NCBI GenBank assembly: GCA_029263035.1
Contig: JAJCYF010000238.1
Coordinates: forward strand, 1 to 40,178
Direction of reading: 5' to 3'
Source of the DNA: Actinomycetes bacterium
GTDB taxonomy: Bacteria > Actinomycetota > CADDZG01 > JAHWKV01
DNA length: 40,178 nt
The notes under the pieces are model-generated. The model made no database searches, had not been told where the DNA came from, and saw only the letters and a program-made list of their open reading frames with translations. Shown in pieces: positions 16,547-24,066 of the stretch (positions are counted from its first letter, which is position 1; every line of letters starts with the position of its first letter). Both the position numbers and the translations under genes were made by a program.

Positions 16547-17122
16547 CTAGAAGTCCCAGGCGGTGGGGGAGCCGGTGAAGTTCTCCTGCTCCAGGCCGAA
16601 GACCCGGGTCGGTTTCACCTTCACGCAGGCGTTCACCGCGGGATCGAGGAAGTCCAGGGTGTAGTTGGTCTGGTACTTCATGTTGATCCGGTTGAGGAAG
16701 ATGGCCAGCAGTGCCCGGTTGTCGACGATCTCGGCGGTCCCCTCGACGATCACCGGTTCCTGGGCGTTGTCCGTGGAGACGGTGCACGCCGGGTTCTGTT
16801 TCAGGTTACGAACCTTGCGGGACTTGCTGCTTCCGCTGAACCAGAAGGCGCCCTGGTTCCAGGCGCCCCACACGGGCATCACGTGGGGCCGGCCGTCCGA
16901 TCTGACCGAGGCCACCCAGTAGTCATGGCTGCGGGTCAGCCGGCCCTCGGCCCATGCCCAGGGCAAAAGGCCGCCGCCCTCATCGGGGCCCTTGATGCCG
17001 TACCCGGGCATATAGGGACGTTCGCTGGAGTTCGGTTTGTCCGGTCGGGGGGCGGCAACCCCAGCCGGTCCCCAGCCGCTCCCGGCCCCCGGTGGTTCCC
17101 AGCCGCCTCCCTGACTTACCAT
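16547..17122 (-). CDS. pyridoxamine 5'-phosphate oxidase-family (split-barrel, possibly F420/FMN-dependent) protein
   Basis: Body HDYWVASVRSDGRPHVMPVWGAWNQGAFWFSGSSKSRKVRNLKQNPACTVS...EPVIVEGTAEIV is typical of the PPOX split-barrel fold. The Gly/Pro/Trp-rich N-terminal 37 aa may not be translated. An alternative start is ATG 17011. Confidence 0.8.
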   Translation of the reverse strand: MVSQGGGWEPPGAGSGWGPAGVAAPRPDKPNSSERPYMPGYGIKGPDEGGGLLPWAWAEGRLTRSHDYWVASVRSDGRPHVMPVWGAWNQGAFWFSGSSKSRKVRNLKQNPACTVSTDNAQEPVIVEGTAEIVDNRALLAIFLNRINMKYQTNYTLDFLDPAVNACVKVKPTRVFGLEQENFTGSPTAWDF

Positions 17123-17190
17123 GTGTTCAGCCTAGCTTTGTCGGGGCCAACCTGTGGCCCAACGGCCCGATGATTTTGGAGGTCGCTCAA

Positions 17191-17547
17191 ATGTTTCAGG
17201 GGCTTAGAACCGTCATTTACCCTGCTCCGGACCTGGAGGCAGCCAAGGAGTGGTGGGCCAGTGTGCTCGGCATTCAGCCCTACTTCGACGAGCCGTTCTA
17301 CGTCGGCTTCAACGTCGGCGGGTTCGAGCTGGGCCTGGACCCGAACGCCGACGTTGAAGCCGGTTCCGTCACCTACTGGGGTGTGCCCAACATCGAGCAG
17401 GCTCTGGGGGTGCTCATGGGCGGCGGAGCCCAGCCCCGCACCGACATCTCGGAGGTAGGGGAAGGGATCAAAGTCGCCACGGTGCTCAGTCCCAACGAGG
17501 ACGTGGTGGGGGTGATCCAGAACCCCCACTTCAAGCTGCCCGGCTAA
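17191..17547 (+). CDS. glyoxalase/bleomycin-resistance (VOC) family protein
   Basis: GGAGG lies 8 nt before ATG 17191. MFQGLRTVIYPAPDLEAAKEWWASVLG...VGFNVGGFELGLDP is a VOC beta-alpha-beta-beta-beta module. The tracked start 17092 overlaps the divergent gene. Confidence 0.8.
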   Translation: MFQGLRTVIYPAPDLEAAKEWWASVLGIQPYFDEPFYVGFNVGGFELGLDPNADVEAGSVTYWGVPNIEQALGVLMGGGAQPRTDISEVGEGIKVATVLSPNEDVVGVIQNPHFKLPG

Positions 17548-18038
17548 GCGACCTTCAGCTCGCCCCGCATGCCCAGCTCCTGGTGGTACTTGCAGAAGAA
17601 GGTGACCGCACCGGACTCGGGGAACTGGACCTCCACCTCCTCGTTGCCGCCCTCCTCGAGGTCCTGGTCGATGTTCTGGTCGGCGATGGAGAAATTGTGG
17701 ATGTTGCCCCCCTCGTTGAACAGCTCCAGAGTGATTTCCTGGCCCGCCTGACCGGTGAGGATGGTCGGCTCGAAGTAGTTGTCGTCCAGCTCCACCTCCA
17801 CGCTGTCCTCAGCCGCCACGTTTTCCTCCTCGTGGAAGTTGGCGTTCTCGCCGCTGGTGAGGGCCATGGTCTCCTCGACCACGGGGGTCGGCGTGGTGTC
17901 GGCCGGTTCGGTGTTGGTGGCCGAGCCGGTAGTCTCCTCGGTTTCTTCGGCGGTATCTCCGTTGTCGTCACCTCCACAGGCGGCGGTGAGCAGAACGAGA
18001 ACTGCAAAGATACAAAGCAGACGTGTGTAGCGAGCCAT
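17544..18038 (-). CDS. cupredoxin (plastocyanin/amicyanin-like type-1 copper) lipoprotein
   Basis: GGGAGGG SD. Signal/lipobox VLVLLTAAC. Acidic Thr/Glu linker. Copper ligand pattern H (GGNIHNF) plus C-x2-H-x4-M (FFCKYHQELGM) near the C-terminus. Confidence 0.85.
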   Translation of the reverse strand: MARYTRLLCIFAVLVLLTAACGGDDNGDTAEETEETTGSATNTEPADTTPTPVVEETMALTSGENANFHEEENVAAEDSVEVELDDNYFEPTILTGQAGQEITLELFNEGGNIHNFSIADQNIDQDLEEGGNEEVEVQFPESGAVTFFCKYHQELGMRGELKVA

Positions 18039-18114
18039 GTGGACCCTCCCCTGGTGACCGGCAAGTGCTTCGTGCCCTTATTGTAGAGGTTGACCTCCTA
18101 GCTGCGGAAAGCCC

Positions 18115-18849
18115 TTGAGAAGACAGATCTCCTTCAGAAAATCCGTTCCACTCGCCGGCCTGGGCGCAGTCCTGTTTGCCTATTCCGCGGCCCGCTTCGG
18201 CAACGCCGGGGGCGGCGTCGAGTCGCCGTTTGAGGCACCGGCCGGCGACATCGCCGAGTACTACCTCGATAACAGCACTTTCACCGCGGTATCGGCCTAC
18301 CTTTACGGGCTGGCGGCTATCTGCCTGGTGGTTTTCGCCGCCGGGATGTGGAGGCGCCTGACAGAGGCGGGAGAGGAGGCCGGCGGCTGGGCGGTTGTGG
18401 GCCTGGCGGGCAGCGCGGTGTACGCGGTCGTGCTTTTGCTGGTGAGTTTCCTGCAGCTTGCGATGGTGGGCCTGGTCCACCGGGACGGGTTTTCGTCCGA
18501 GATGGTGGCCGGCCTGGCGATCCTGTGGGCGGTTGCGGTGACCCTGCTCGTCCCCGGTTCCGTGCCGCTGCTGCTGGGATTCGGTATGGCGGTTCGACGG
18601 AGCGGCGCATTCTCCGGGCTTCTGGCCAACTTCGCATTGGGGGGCGCCCTTCTGGGTCTATTGCCCCCGCCGGAGGTGATCGGACCACTCTCGCCGGCGG
18701 TTGCCAGCCTCTTCTTTGTCCTGAGCGAGCTTCAACCCTGGCTTCTGGTGTTCTGGGTGCTCGGCACCGCCTTCGTCATCCGGCGGTCGGAAAACGCCGG
18801 CGAGGCAGATCCCTCAGCCGATAGGTCAGAGCCCTCAGCCGCCGAATAG
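18115..18849 (+). CDS. integral membrane protein, unknown function
   Basis: 244-aa ORF with about 6 hydrophobic helices. The TTG start is uncertain. No catalytic motif recognised. Confidence 0.6.
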   Translation: MRRQISFRKSVPLAGLGAVLFAYSAARFGNAGGGVESPFEAPAGDIAEYYLDNSTFTAVSAYLYGLAAICLVVFAAGMWRRLTEAGEEAGGWAVVGLAGSAVYAVVLLLVSFLQLAMVGLVHRDGFSSEMVAGLAILWAVAVTLLVPGSVPLLLGFGMAVRRSGAFSGLLANFALGGALLGLLPPPEVIGPLSPAVASLFFVLSELQPWLLVFWVLGTAFVIRRSENAGEADPSADRSEPSAAE

Positions 18850-18854
18850 ATCTC

Positions 18855-18898
18855 CCCTGAAGGCTCGTTAAAGGGGGGGAGATAACGAGCCTTCAGGG
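18855..18898. terminator. perfect 16-bp inverted repeat between convergent genes (probable bidirectional terminator hairpin)
   Basis: CCCTGAAGGCTCGTTA (18855-18870) and TAACGAGCCTTCAGGG (18883-18898) are exact reverse complements with a 12-nt loop. There is no U-tract. It lies in the 66-bp gap between the stops at 18849 (+) and 18916 (-). Confidence 0.5.
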
Positions 18899-18915
18899 AC
18901 ATCTGGACCGGGCGG

Positions 18916-19626
18916 TCAGTCCGCCCTCTCGAGCAGCAGGCGGAACTCCATGGTGCCTGTCGGCTCGACTGAAACTATGTTGGCCACACTGGGGGGCTGG
19001 ATGCCGAAGTCGGCCATATGCATGATCAACGAACCGACTACCTCCAGGGTCTCCGAGCGGAGCTGGGCTCGAACCGGGATCGTTACCTGCCGGGTTACCC
19101 CGTGGATTGTGAGTGCGCCGTCGAGGAGGAACTCAACCGCCCCCCCGGCCCGCAGCCCGTTCGGCAGCTCCATGGGGCCCGGGCTGAGGAAGTTTGCGGT
19201 CGGGAACAGGTTCGTCTCCAGCCCCCTCTCCCGCAGTGCCTCGTCCCGCCGCTCGCTGTCGCTCGACAGAGCCGTCAGGTCCACCTCCACGTTGATGGCG
19301 GATATGGTGTAGCGGCTGTCCTCACCGGCGACCGTGAAACCTCCATCCAACCTGGTGGTACGGCCTACGGCCTCGCTGGTGGCGGGAAGGCGAGCCAGCT
19401 TTTCCCGTACCCGGTATCCGGCCTCAGAACCTTCCCGGATCACCCAACGTCCGGCCGGATCGGATTCGGGGAAGCGGGCCGCCGCGTGGGCCTGGTCCTC
19501 GGGGGTGTTGAGGGCGATGGGGGCCGGAGTCTCGGGGGTGAAAAAAACCAGGTAGGTGGCGCCGATTCCCGCCATGGACACAAGTAGCAGGGTGCCCGCC
19601 AGGGCTTTGCCTCTGGGAACCTTCAC
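18916..19626 (-). CDS. YceI-family (polyisoprenoid-binding-like) protein with N-terminal membrane anchor
   Basis: YceI signature region VDLTALSSDSERRDEALRERGLETNLFPTANF and LDGALTIHGVTRQVTIPV. N-terminal TM ALAGTLLLVSMAGIGATYLVFF. GTG start. Confidence 0.85.
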   Translation of the reverse strand: MKVPRGKALAGTLLLVSMAGIGATYLVFFTPETPAPIALNTPEDQAHAAARFPESDPAGRWVIREGSEAGYRVREKLARLPATSEAVGRTTRLDGGFTVAGEDSRYTISAINVEVDLTALSSDSERRDEALRERGLETNLFPTANFLSPGPMELPNGLRAGGAVEFLLDGALTIHGVTRQVTIPVRAQLRSETLEVVGSLIMHMADFGIQPPSVANIVSVEPTGTMEFRLLLERAD

Positions 19627-19685
19627 TCCAGATCCCTGCGCATTGCCTCGAACCGTTCATTGGTGATATTCAGCGCCCGGCGCAT
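19623..19685 (-). CDS. candidate 20-codon upstream ORF translationally coupled to yceI
   Basis: AGGAGGAAACAA precedes ATG 19685. The product reads MRRALNITNERFEAMRRDLE. Its TGA (19625-19623) overlaps the yceI GTG (19626-19624) as GTGA. It is too short for the ORF track and has no homology evidence. Confidence 0.3.
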   Translation of the reverse strand: MRRALNITNERFEAMRRDLE

Positions 19686-19743
19686 TTGTTTCCTCCTGAA
19701 AGACGGCCGGCGAACGCGGCGCTTCTCCAGGTAAACCATCCAG

Positions 19744-19783
19744 TGTGAAAGCTCTCTGAGGTCCGGTTAAGAACCAAGTGAGA
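19744..19783 (-). promoter_or_regulatory. four phased hexamer repeats (GTGAAA, CTGAGG, GTTAAG, GTGAGA on + strand), candidate response-regulator site upstream of uORF/yceI
   Basis: Hexamer starts are at 19744, 19756, 19766 and 19778, giving spacings of 12, 10 and 12. The same hexamer family occurs in the array at 21899-21938. The array lies about 60 bp upstream of ATG 19685. Confidence 0.4.
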
Positions 19784-19797
19784 AAGGCTGCGGGACC

Positions 19798-21153
19798 TTA
19801 ATTGGCAGGCTCGACGGGGCCGGTCTCCTCCGGCGGCGGAGAGAAAGGCAGCGCCGGAAGCCTGAGCCTGAACTCCGCACCTCCGCTTTCGGCATTGGTC
19901 GCGCTGACCGTCCCCCCGTGGGCCTGAACCACCCGGTTGACTATCGACAACCCGAGACCGGAGCCCGGCATGGCCCGTGCCTCCGAGGCCCGGTAGAACC
20001 GGTCGAAGATGTGGGGCAGGTCCGCCTCGTCAATGCCGGGGCCGTGGTCTCGCACGGCGACCTCGCCGCCCTGGACCCTTACCTCGACGACGCTGCCGGG
20101 AGGGCTCCACTTGCCCGCGTTGTCCAGGAGGTTGGCCACCGCCCGGTCCAGCCGGGAGGATGCCCCGCGAATTAGCCCCGGCTTGAGGTCGACCGTGAAC
20201 TGCACCTGGGTCCAGTGGGTTCGAATTCGCTGCACCGCCCGCTCTACCAGGTGGTCCAGCCTGATCTCCTCCTCGCCCACCTCAGGTTCATCGCCGCGGG
20301 CCAAATCCACCAGGTCGCCCACCAGGACGGTGAACTCCTGGATCTGCACCTTGAGGTCGCTGAGAAGCTCCTGGTGCTCCTGCTCGGGCAGCTCATCCGC
20401 CCGGGCGAGGACCTCGATGTTGGTTCTCAGGCTGGTCAGCGGAGTCCGAAGCTCATGCGATGCATCCGCCACCAGCTGGCGCTGCGACTTCTGGGAGTCG
20501 TCGAGCGCTTCCAGCATGGAGTTGAAGCTGGTGGCCAGCCGGCCGATCTCGTCGTTGCCCCCCACGTCGATGCGGTGTGACGGGCTTCCGGCGGCTGCCA
20601 CCCGCTCCGCCCCCTCGGTCAGGCGATGTACCGGCACCAGAGCCGCCTGCGCCACCATCCGGCCCAGGCCGGCAGCCAGAGCGATGCCGCTGGCGGCGAT
20701 CAGGCTCAGGAGCAGGCTCAGTCGGTTGAGTATCAGGTCCACCTCGTCCAGGGGCCGTACGACCATCACCGCCAGGCCCTCGGTCAGGGGGGCGGTGATC
20801 ACCCGGACCCGGGTGTCGCCCACCCGCATATCGCTAAAAAAGGTTTCCCGCTGGCCCGAGGCCACCTGCCGTGCCTCCAGTGTGGCGGGGATGGTGATCG
20901 ACTCGCCGGTGTCCCTCATTACTCCGCCTCGGGCGGTGACGACCTGTGCATAACCGCCGGCCGCGCCGAGAGGGGGCCGGACGTAGTGGGAACCCTGGAT
21001 GCTCTGCAGGTACTCGGCCCGCTGGAAAAGGGCGGTGTCCACCTGGTCCAGAAGCTGGCGGCGCACCGCAAAGTAGACGATCACCGACGAGAGAGCGACT
21101 GCGATTGCCACCGCAAGGGCGGCGGAAAGGATCAGGCGGTTGCGAAAGCTCAT
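19798..21153 (-). CDS. sensor histidine kinase (TM-sensor-TM-HAMP-HisKA-HATPase)
   Basis: H-box [15 protein letters not shown]-box LLDNAGKW, G-boxes DHGPGI and GSGLGLSIV. Two TM segments flank a loop of about 130 aa. The 4-nt overlap with the regulator gene indicates an operon. Confidence 0.92.
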   Translation of the reverse strand: MSFRNRLILSAALAVAIAVALSSVIVYFAVRRQLLDQVDTALFQRAEYLQSIQGSHYVRPPLGAAGGYAQVVTARGGVMRDTGESITIPATLEARQVASGQRETFFSDMRVGDTRVRVITAPLTEGLAVMVVRPLDEVDLILNRLSLLLSLIAASGIALAAGLGRMVAQAALVPVHRLTEGAERVAAAGSPSHRIDVGGNDEIGRLATSFNSMLEALDDSQKSQRQLVADASHELRTPLTSLRTNIEVLARADELPEQEHQELLSDLKVQIQEFTVLVGDLVDLARGDEPEVGEEEIRLDHLVERAVQRIRTHWTQVQFTVDLKPGLIRGASSRLDRAVANLLDNAGKWSPPGSVVEVRVQGGEVAVRDHGPGIDEADLPHIFDRFYRASEARAMPGSGLGLSIVNRVVQAHGGTVSATNAESGGAEFRLRLPALPFSPPPEETGPVEPAN

Positions 21154-21821
21154 TGTTCTCTTAGTACGTAGCCCACCCCGCGGATAGTGTGGATCAGGCG
21201 GGCCTCACCCTCGGCCTCCATCTTCTTTCGAAGGTAACCAATGTAGACCTCCAGGGAGTTCGACTCGGGACCGAAATCGAAGCCCCATACCCGGTCCAGG
21301 ATGATCTCGCGGGTCAGCACCCGGCGCGGGTTGTTCAAAAAGAGCTCCAGCAGAAGAAACTCGGTGCGCGTTAGCTCAATGGACCTGCTGCCTCGCTTCA
21401 CCTCCCGGGAGACCGTGTCCATCGACAGGTCGGAGAATCGCAGCATCTCCTGGCCCTCCGGGGAGCTTCGCCGCAGCAGCGCGCGCACCCGGGCCAGCAA
21501 TTCGTCGAGCGCGAACGGCTTGACCAGGTAGTCGTCGGCGCCGGCGTCCAGTCCCTCCACCCGGTTGGCCACCGAGTCCCGGGCGGTGAGCATCAGCACC
21601 GGGGTCGAATCCCCGGCGGCCCTGAGGCGGCGGCAGACCTCCAGCCCGTCCACCCGCGGCATCAGCAGGTCCAGGATCATCAGATCGGGCGAGGAGACGG
21701 CCAGGGACTTCAGGGCCTCGGCCCCATCGGCGGCGGTTTCGACCTGGTAGCTCTCCAGCTTGAGGGCGCGCTGAACCGCATCACGCACCGCAGGTTCGTC
21801 GTCGACAACCAGTATTCGCAT
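21150..21821 (-). CDS. OmpR/PhoB-family response regulator
   Basis: The receiver domain starts [10 protein letters not shown] and has the phospho-acceptor context LMILDLLMP. The winged-helix output has [12 protein letters not shown] and [11 protein letters not shown]. The start was trimmed to ATG 21821. Confidence 0.92.
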   Translation of the reverse strand: MRILVVDDEPAVRDAVQRALKLESYQVETAADGAEALKSLAVSSPDLMILDLLMPRVDGLEVCRRLRAAGDSTPVLMLTARDSVANRVEGLDAGADDYLVKPFALDELLARVRALLRRSSPEGQEMLRFSDLSMDTVSREVKRGSRSIELTRTEFLLLELFLNNPRRVLTREIILDRVWGFDFGPESNSLEVYIGYLRKKMEAEGEARLIHTIRGVGYVLREQ

Positions 21822-21898
21822 TGCCCTCTTAGCTTGGCATCCCGCCAAGATCGCTGCACTTAAGGGCCCGGGCCCCCGATCTATTAAGCGCGGGCACC

Positions 21899-21938
21899 CT
21901 GAGAAAAGGGTGAGCCCGGCGTGAGAGGTGGGTTAAGA
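21899..21938 (-). promoter_or_regulatory. four hexamer repeats at exact 11-bp phasing (CTGAGA, GTGAGC, GTGAGA, GTTAAG on + strand), candidate autoregulatory site
   Basis: Hexamer starts are at 21899, 21910, 21921 and 21932. The array lies 76 bp upstream of the regulator ATG, in the 121-bp gap after the upstream stop codon. A 12-bp palindrome GGGCCCGGGCCC lies at 21864-21875. Confidence 0.45.
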
Positions 21939-21942
21939 GGCG

Positions 21943-22860
21943 TTAACCCAGGTGCTCTTCGAACCAGTCGAGAAGCTCCTGGTAGACCTCGGTTGCGGCC
22001 TCGGGGTTGTAGCGTTCCCCGGTGTCGTTGAAGAAAGCGTGGTCGGCGCCCTCGTAGACCAGGAACTTGTTCTCCAGCCCGGCGTCGTTCACCGCCTGCT
22101 CGGCGGCCTCCCGCGTGGCGTTCACCCGGGTGTCGTTGCCTCCATAGACGGCCAGGACCGCGGCGTCCGAGTCCGAGAAGTCCGGGTTGTCGGGCGGCGT
22201 GCCGTAGAAGGGAGCGGCTGCCGCAAGCCTTGGCTCACCGGCGTCGAGGAGGCTCCACACCTGCCCGCCGCCGAAGCAGAAGCCCATGATGGCCGGCTCG
22301 GAATCGGGGTTGCGGCTCTCCAGCTCGTCCAGGCCGGCCCGCATGTCGGCAATGAACCGCTCCCGGGAGGCCGCTCCGAGGGCGGCCATTGCGGCGGCAT
22401 CGTCGTTGAGCGCAGCCGTGCCCCCCTCCTCGGAGAGCAGATCGATCGCCAGGGCGGAGTATCCGTCACGCGCCAGACGTCCGGCAAGGCTTTTGAAGTG
22501 GTCCTTGAGGCCGCGGTTCTCATGGATGACCAGCACCGCTCCTTTCGGATCCTCGGCCGCGGCGTAGGCGCCGAAGATGTCGCCGTTGGGTCCCGAAAAT
22601 GTGATGTCCTCGGTGGGAAGTGCCCCGGCGTTCGGGTCGGACGCCGTCGCGGTGGCCGTAGGCGAGGCGGTACCCGTGGCAGTGGCCTGCGGGCTCTCGG
22701 CCGCATCATTGGCGCAGGCCGCCAGAAGGCTCGAGGCCGCCATGGCTCCCACGCCCATCATGCCCAGCCGCCTGAGCGCCTCCCGCCGGCTGATCAGGCC
22801 GTCGGCGTAGTCGATCCCCACCTCTTCAACGAGGTACTTCTCATGCTCCGAAACCTGCAT
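21943..22860 (-). CDS. dienelactone hydrolase-family protein with Tat/lipoprotein-type signal
   Basis: GAGGAGG SD before ATG 22860. Twin-arginine context SRREALRRLG followed by SSLLAAC. Then a TATGTASPTATATAS linker. The DLH body has LVIHENRGL and a nucleophile elbow IMGFCFGGG. Confidence 0.85.
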   Translation of the reverse strand: MQVSEHEKYLVEEVGIDYADGLISRREALRRLGMMGVGAMAASSLLAACANDAAESPQATATGTASPTATATASDPNAGALPTEDITFSGPNGDIFGAYAAAEDPKGAVLVIHENRGLKDHFKSLAGRLARDGYSALAIDLLSEEGGTAALNDDAAAMAALGAASRERFIADMRAGLDELESRNPDSEPAIMGFCFGGGQVWSLLDAGEPRLAAAAPFYGTPPDNPDFSDSDAAVLAVYGGNDTRVNATREAAEQAVNDAGLENKFLVYEGADHAFFNDTGERYNPEAATEVYQELLDWFEEHLG

Positions 22861-22980
22861 CCGCCGCCTCCTCGTTCCGGGGCCCATGGCGGCGAGCCGC
22901 CACTTTGGGCCGGTTTCCGCCTACCCTTACACCCGTACCTGAAAACTTCCTTAGCAGGCGGCGGAAAAGGAGAAAAGAGT

Positions 22981-23247
22981 TTGACCGAGGCGGGTCCGCC
23001 CCAGGACGAGTCCGAGCAGGTCCCCTCCCGCACTGTTAAACGGGTCCGGGTGCTGAAGAAGGAGCCCAAAACCGGCGCCGAAGTCTCCAGGTACGATTTG
23101 TCGGCCCGGCCGCCCAAGGCCCGAACGCGCAAGAACCGTTCGCTGGGTCAGCTGTACGAGGAGGCCGAGAGGTTGGGCATTCACGGCCGTTCGGATATGA
23201 ACAAACAGGAGTTGCAGCGGGAGGTCGACCGCAAGAAGCGCCAGTAG
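22981..23247 (+). CDS. small basic protein with C-terminal Rho-N/SAP-like helix-extended-helix motif
   Basis: Only the last 88 codons of tracked ORF 21952..23247 are credible, because the rest is antisense to the DLH gene. AAGGAG lies 8 nt before TTG 22981. The C-terminus SLGQLYEEAERLGIHGRSDMNKQELQREV matches the pattern of the Rho termination factor N-terminal domain. Confidence 0.6.
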   Translation: MTEAGPPQDESEQVPSRTVKRVRVLKKEPKTGAEVSRYDLSARPPKARTRKNRSLGQLYEEAERLGIHGRSDMNKQELQREVDRKKRQ

Positions 23248-23258
23248 GCCGGTGGGCC

Positions 23259-23609
23259 TCAGGGACCGGCGGTCTCGCGCTCAACCCACTCCAGGTAGTC
23301 CTCGCTGCCCACAGAGATCTCCAGCGCCACGATCTCCGGAGTTTCGTAGGCATGCTTCCTCTTGATGAACGCCTCCAGGGCCGGGTAGCGGGCGGAGGTC
23401 GTCTTCATCACACACATCCATTCATCGGCGACCTCGATCTGCTGCTTCCAACGGTAGGTGCTCTGGATGGGCATGACCTGGACGCACGCCGCCAGCCGGG
23501 CCTCGACGACTGCCCGGGCCAGCTCCCGGGCTTCGTCCCGGGACTCGGTGGTGGTGGTCACCTGCAGAAACGACGTGCTCAACCTCACTCCAATCGCTAA
23601 AGGCTGCAA
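23259..23609 (-). CDS. cutA: divalent-cation tolerance protein CutA
   Basis: RLAACVQVMPIQSTYRWKQQIEVADEWMCVMKT...ETPEIVALEI is the CutA1 core. The exact start is uncertain and may be a few codons downstream. Confidence 0.85.
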   Translation of the reverse strand: MQPLAIGVRLSTSFLQVTTTTESRDEARELARAVVEARLAACVQVMPIQSTYRWKQQIEVADEWMCVMKTTSARYPALEAFIKRKHAYETPEIVALEISVGSEDYLEWVERETAGP

Positions 23610-23691
23610 GGAACTCTAACGAGCCGGCGTGATTGCTCTTGGCGTGATCGGGCAATAACCCCTCCTAATCACAAAAAGGAAGGACTTCCTG

Positions 23692-24066
23692 ATGAACGAA
23701 TCCATCGCGCGCAAGCTGCTAGAAGCAGAACGTAGCCGGCTTGAAGAACTCAAGAAGACCGCCGAGCTGGAATCTCTGGACGAGCTGCAGACCGAGGTTT
23801 ACCAGGAGCTGTCGTCGGTCGACCAGCACACCGGCGACCTGGGCACGGCAACCTTTGAGCGGGAGAAGGCGGACTCGATCAGGATTTCGGTCGAGGCGCA
23901 GTTGGCCGACGTAAACCATGCCCTTGCCCGGCTGGATGCGGGAAGCTACGGGACCTGCGACATGTGCGGCAAGAAGATCCCCTCCGAGCGCCTCAAGGCC
24001 CGGCCGGCGGCTCGATTCTGCATCGACGACCAGGCGAAGGTGGAGCGGCAGGTCGCAGCTAGTTAG
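23692..24066 (+). CDS. TraR/DksA-family zinc-finger protein
   Basis: AAGGAAGGA SD. N-terminal coiled coil. C-terminal finger GTCDMCGKKIPSERLKARPAARFCIDDQ. Confidence 0.85.
   Translation: MNESIARKLLEAERSRLEELKKTAELESLDELQTEVYQELSSVDQHTGDLGTATFEREKADSIRISVEAQLADVNHALARLDAGSYGTCDMCGKKIPSERLKARPAARFCIDDQAKVERQVAAS

Noticed and set aside
21952-22980. The upstream 343 codons of tracked ORF 21952..23247 (+).
   Set aside because: This part is antisense to the dienelactone hydrolase gene. Only the last 88 codons, from TTG 22981 with an AAGGAG SD, look like a real gene.
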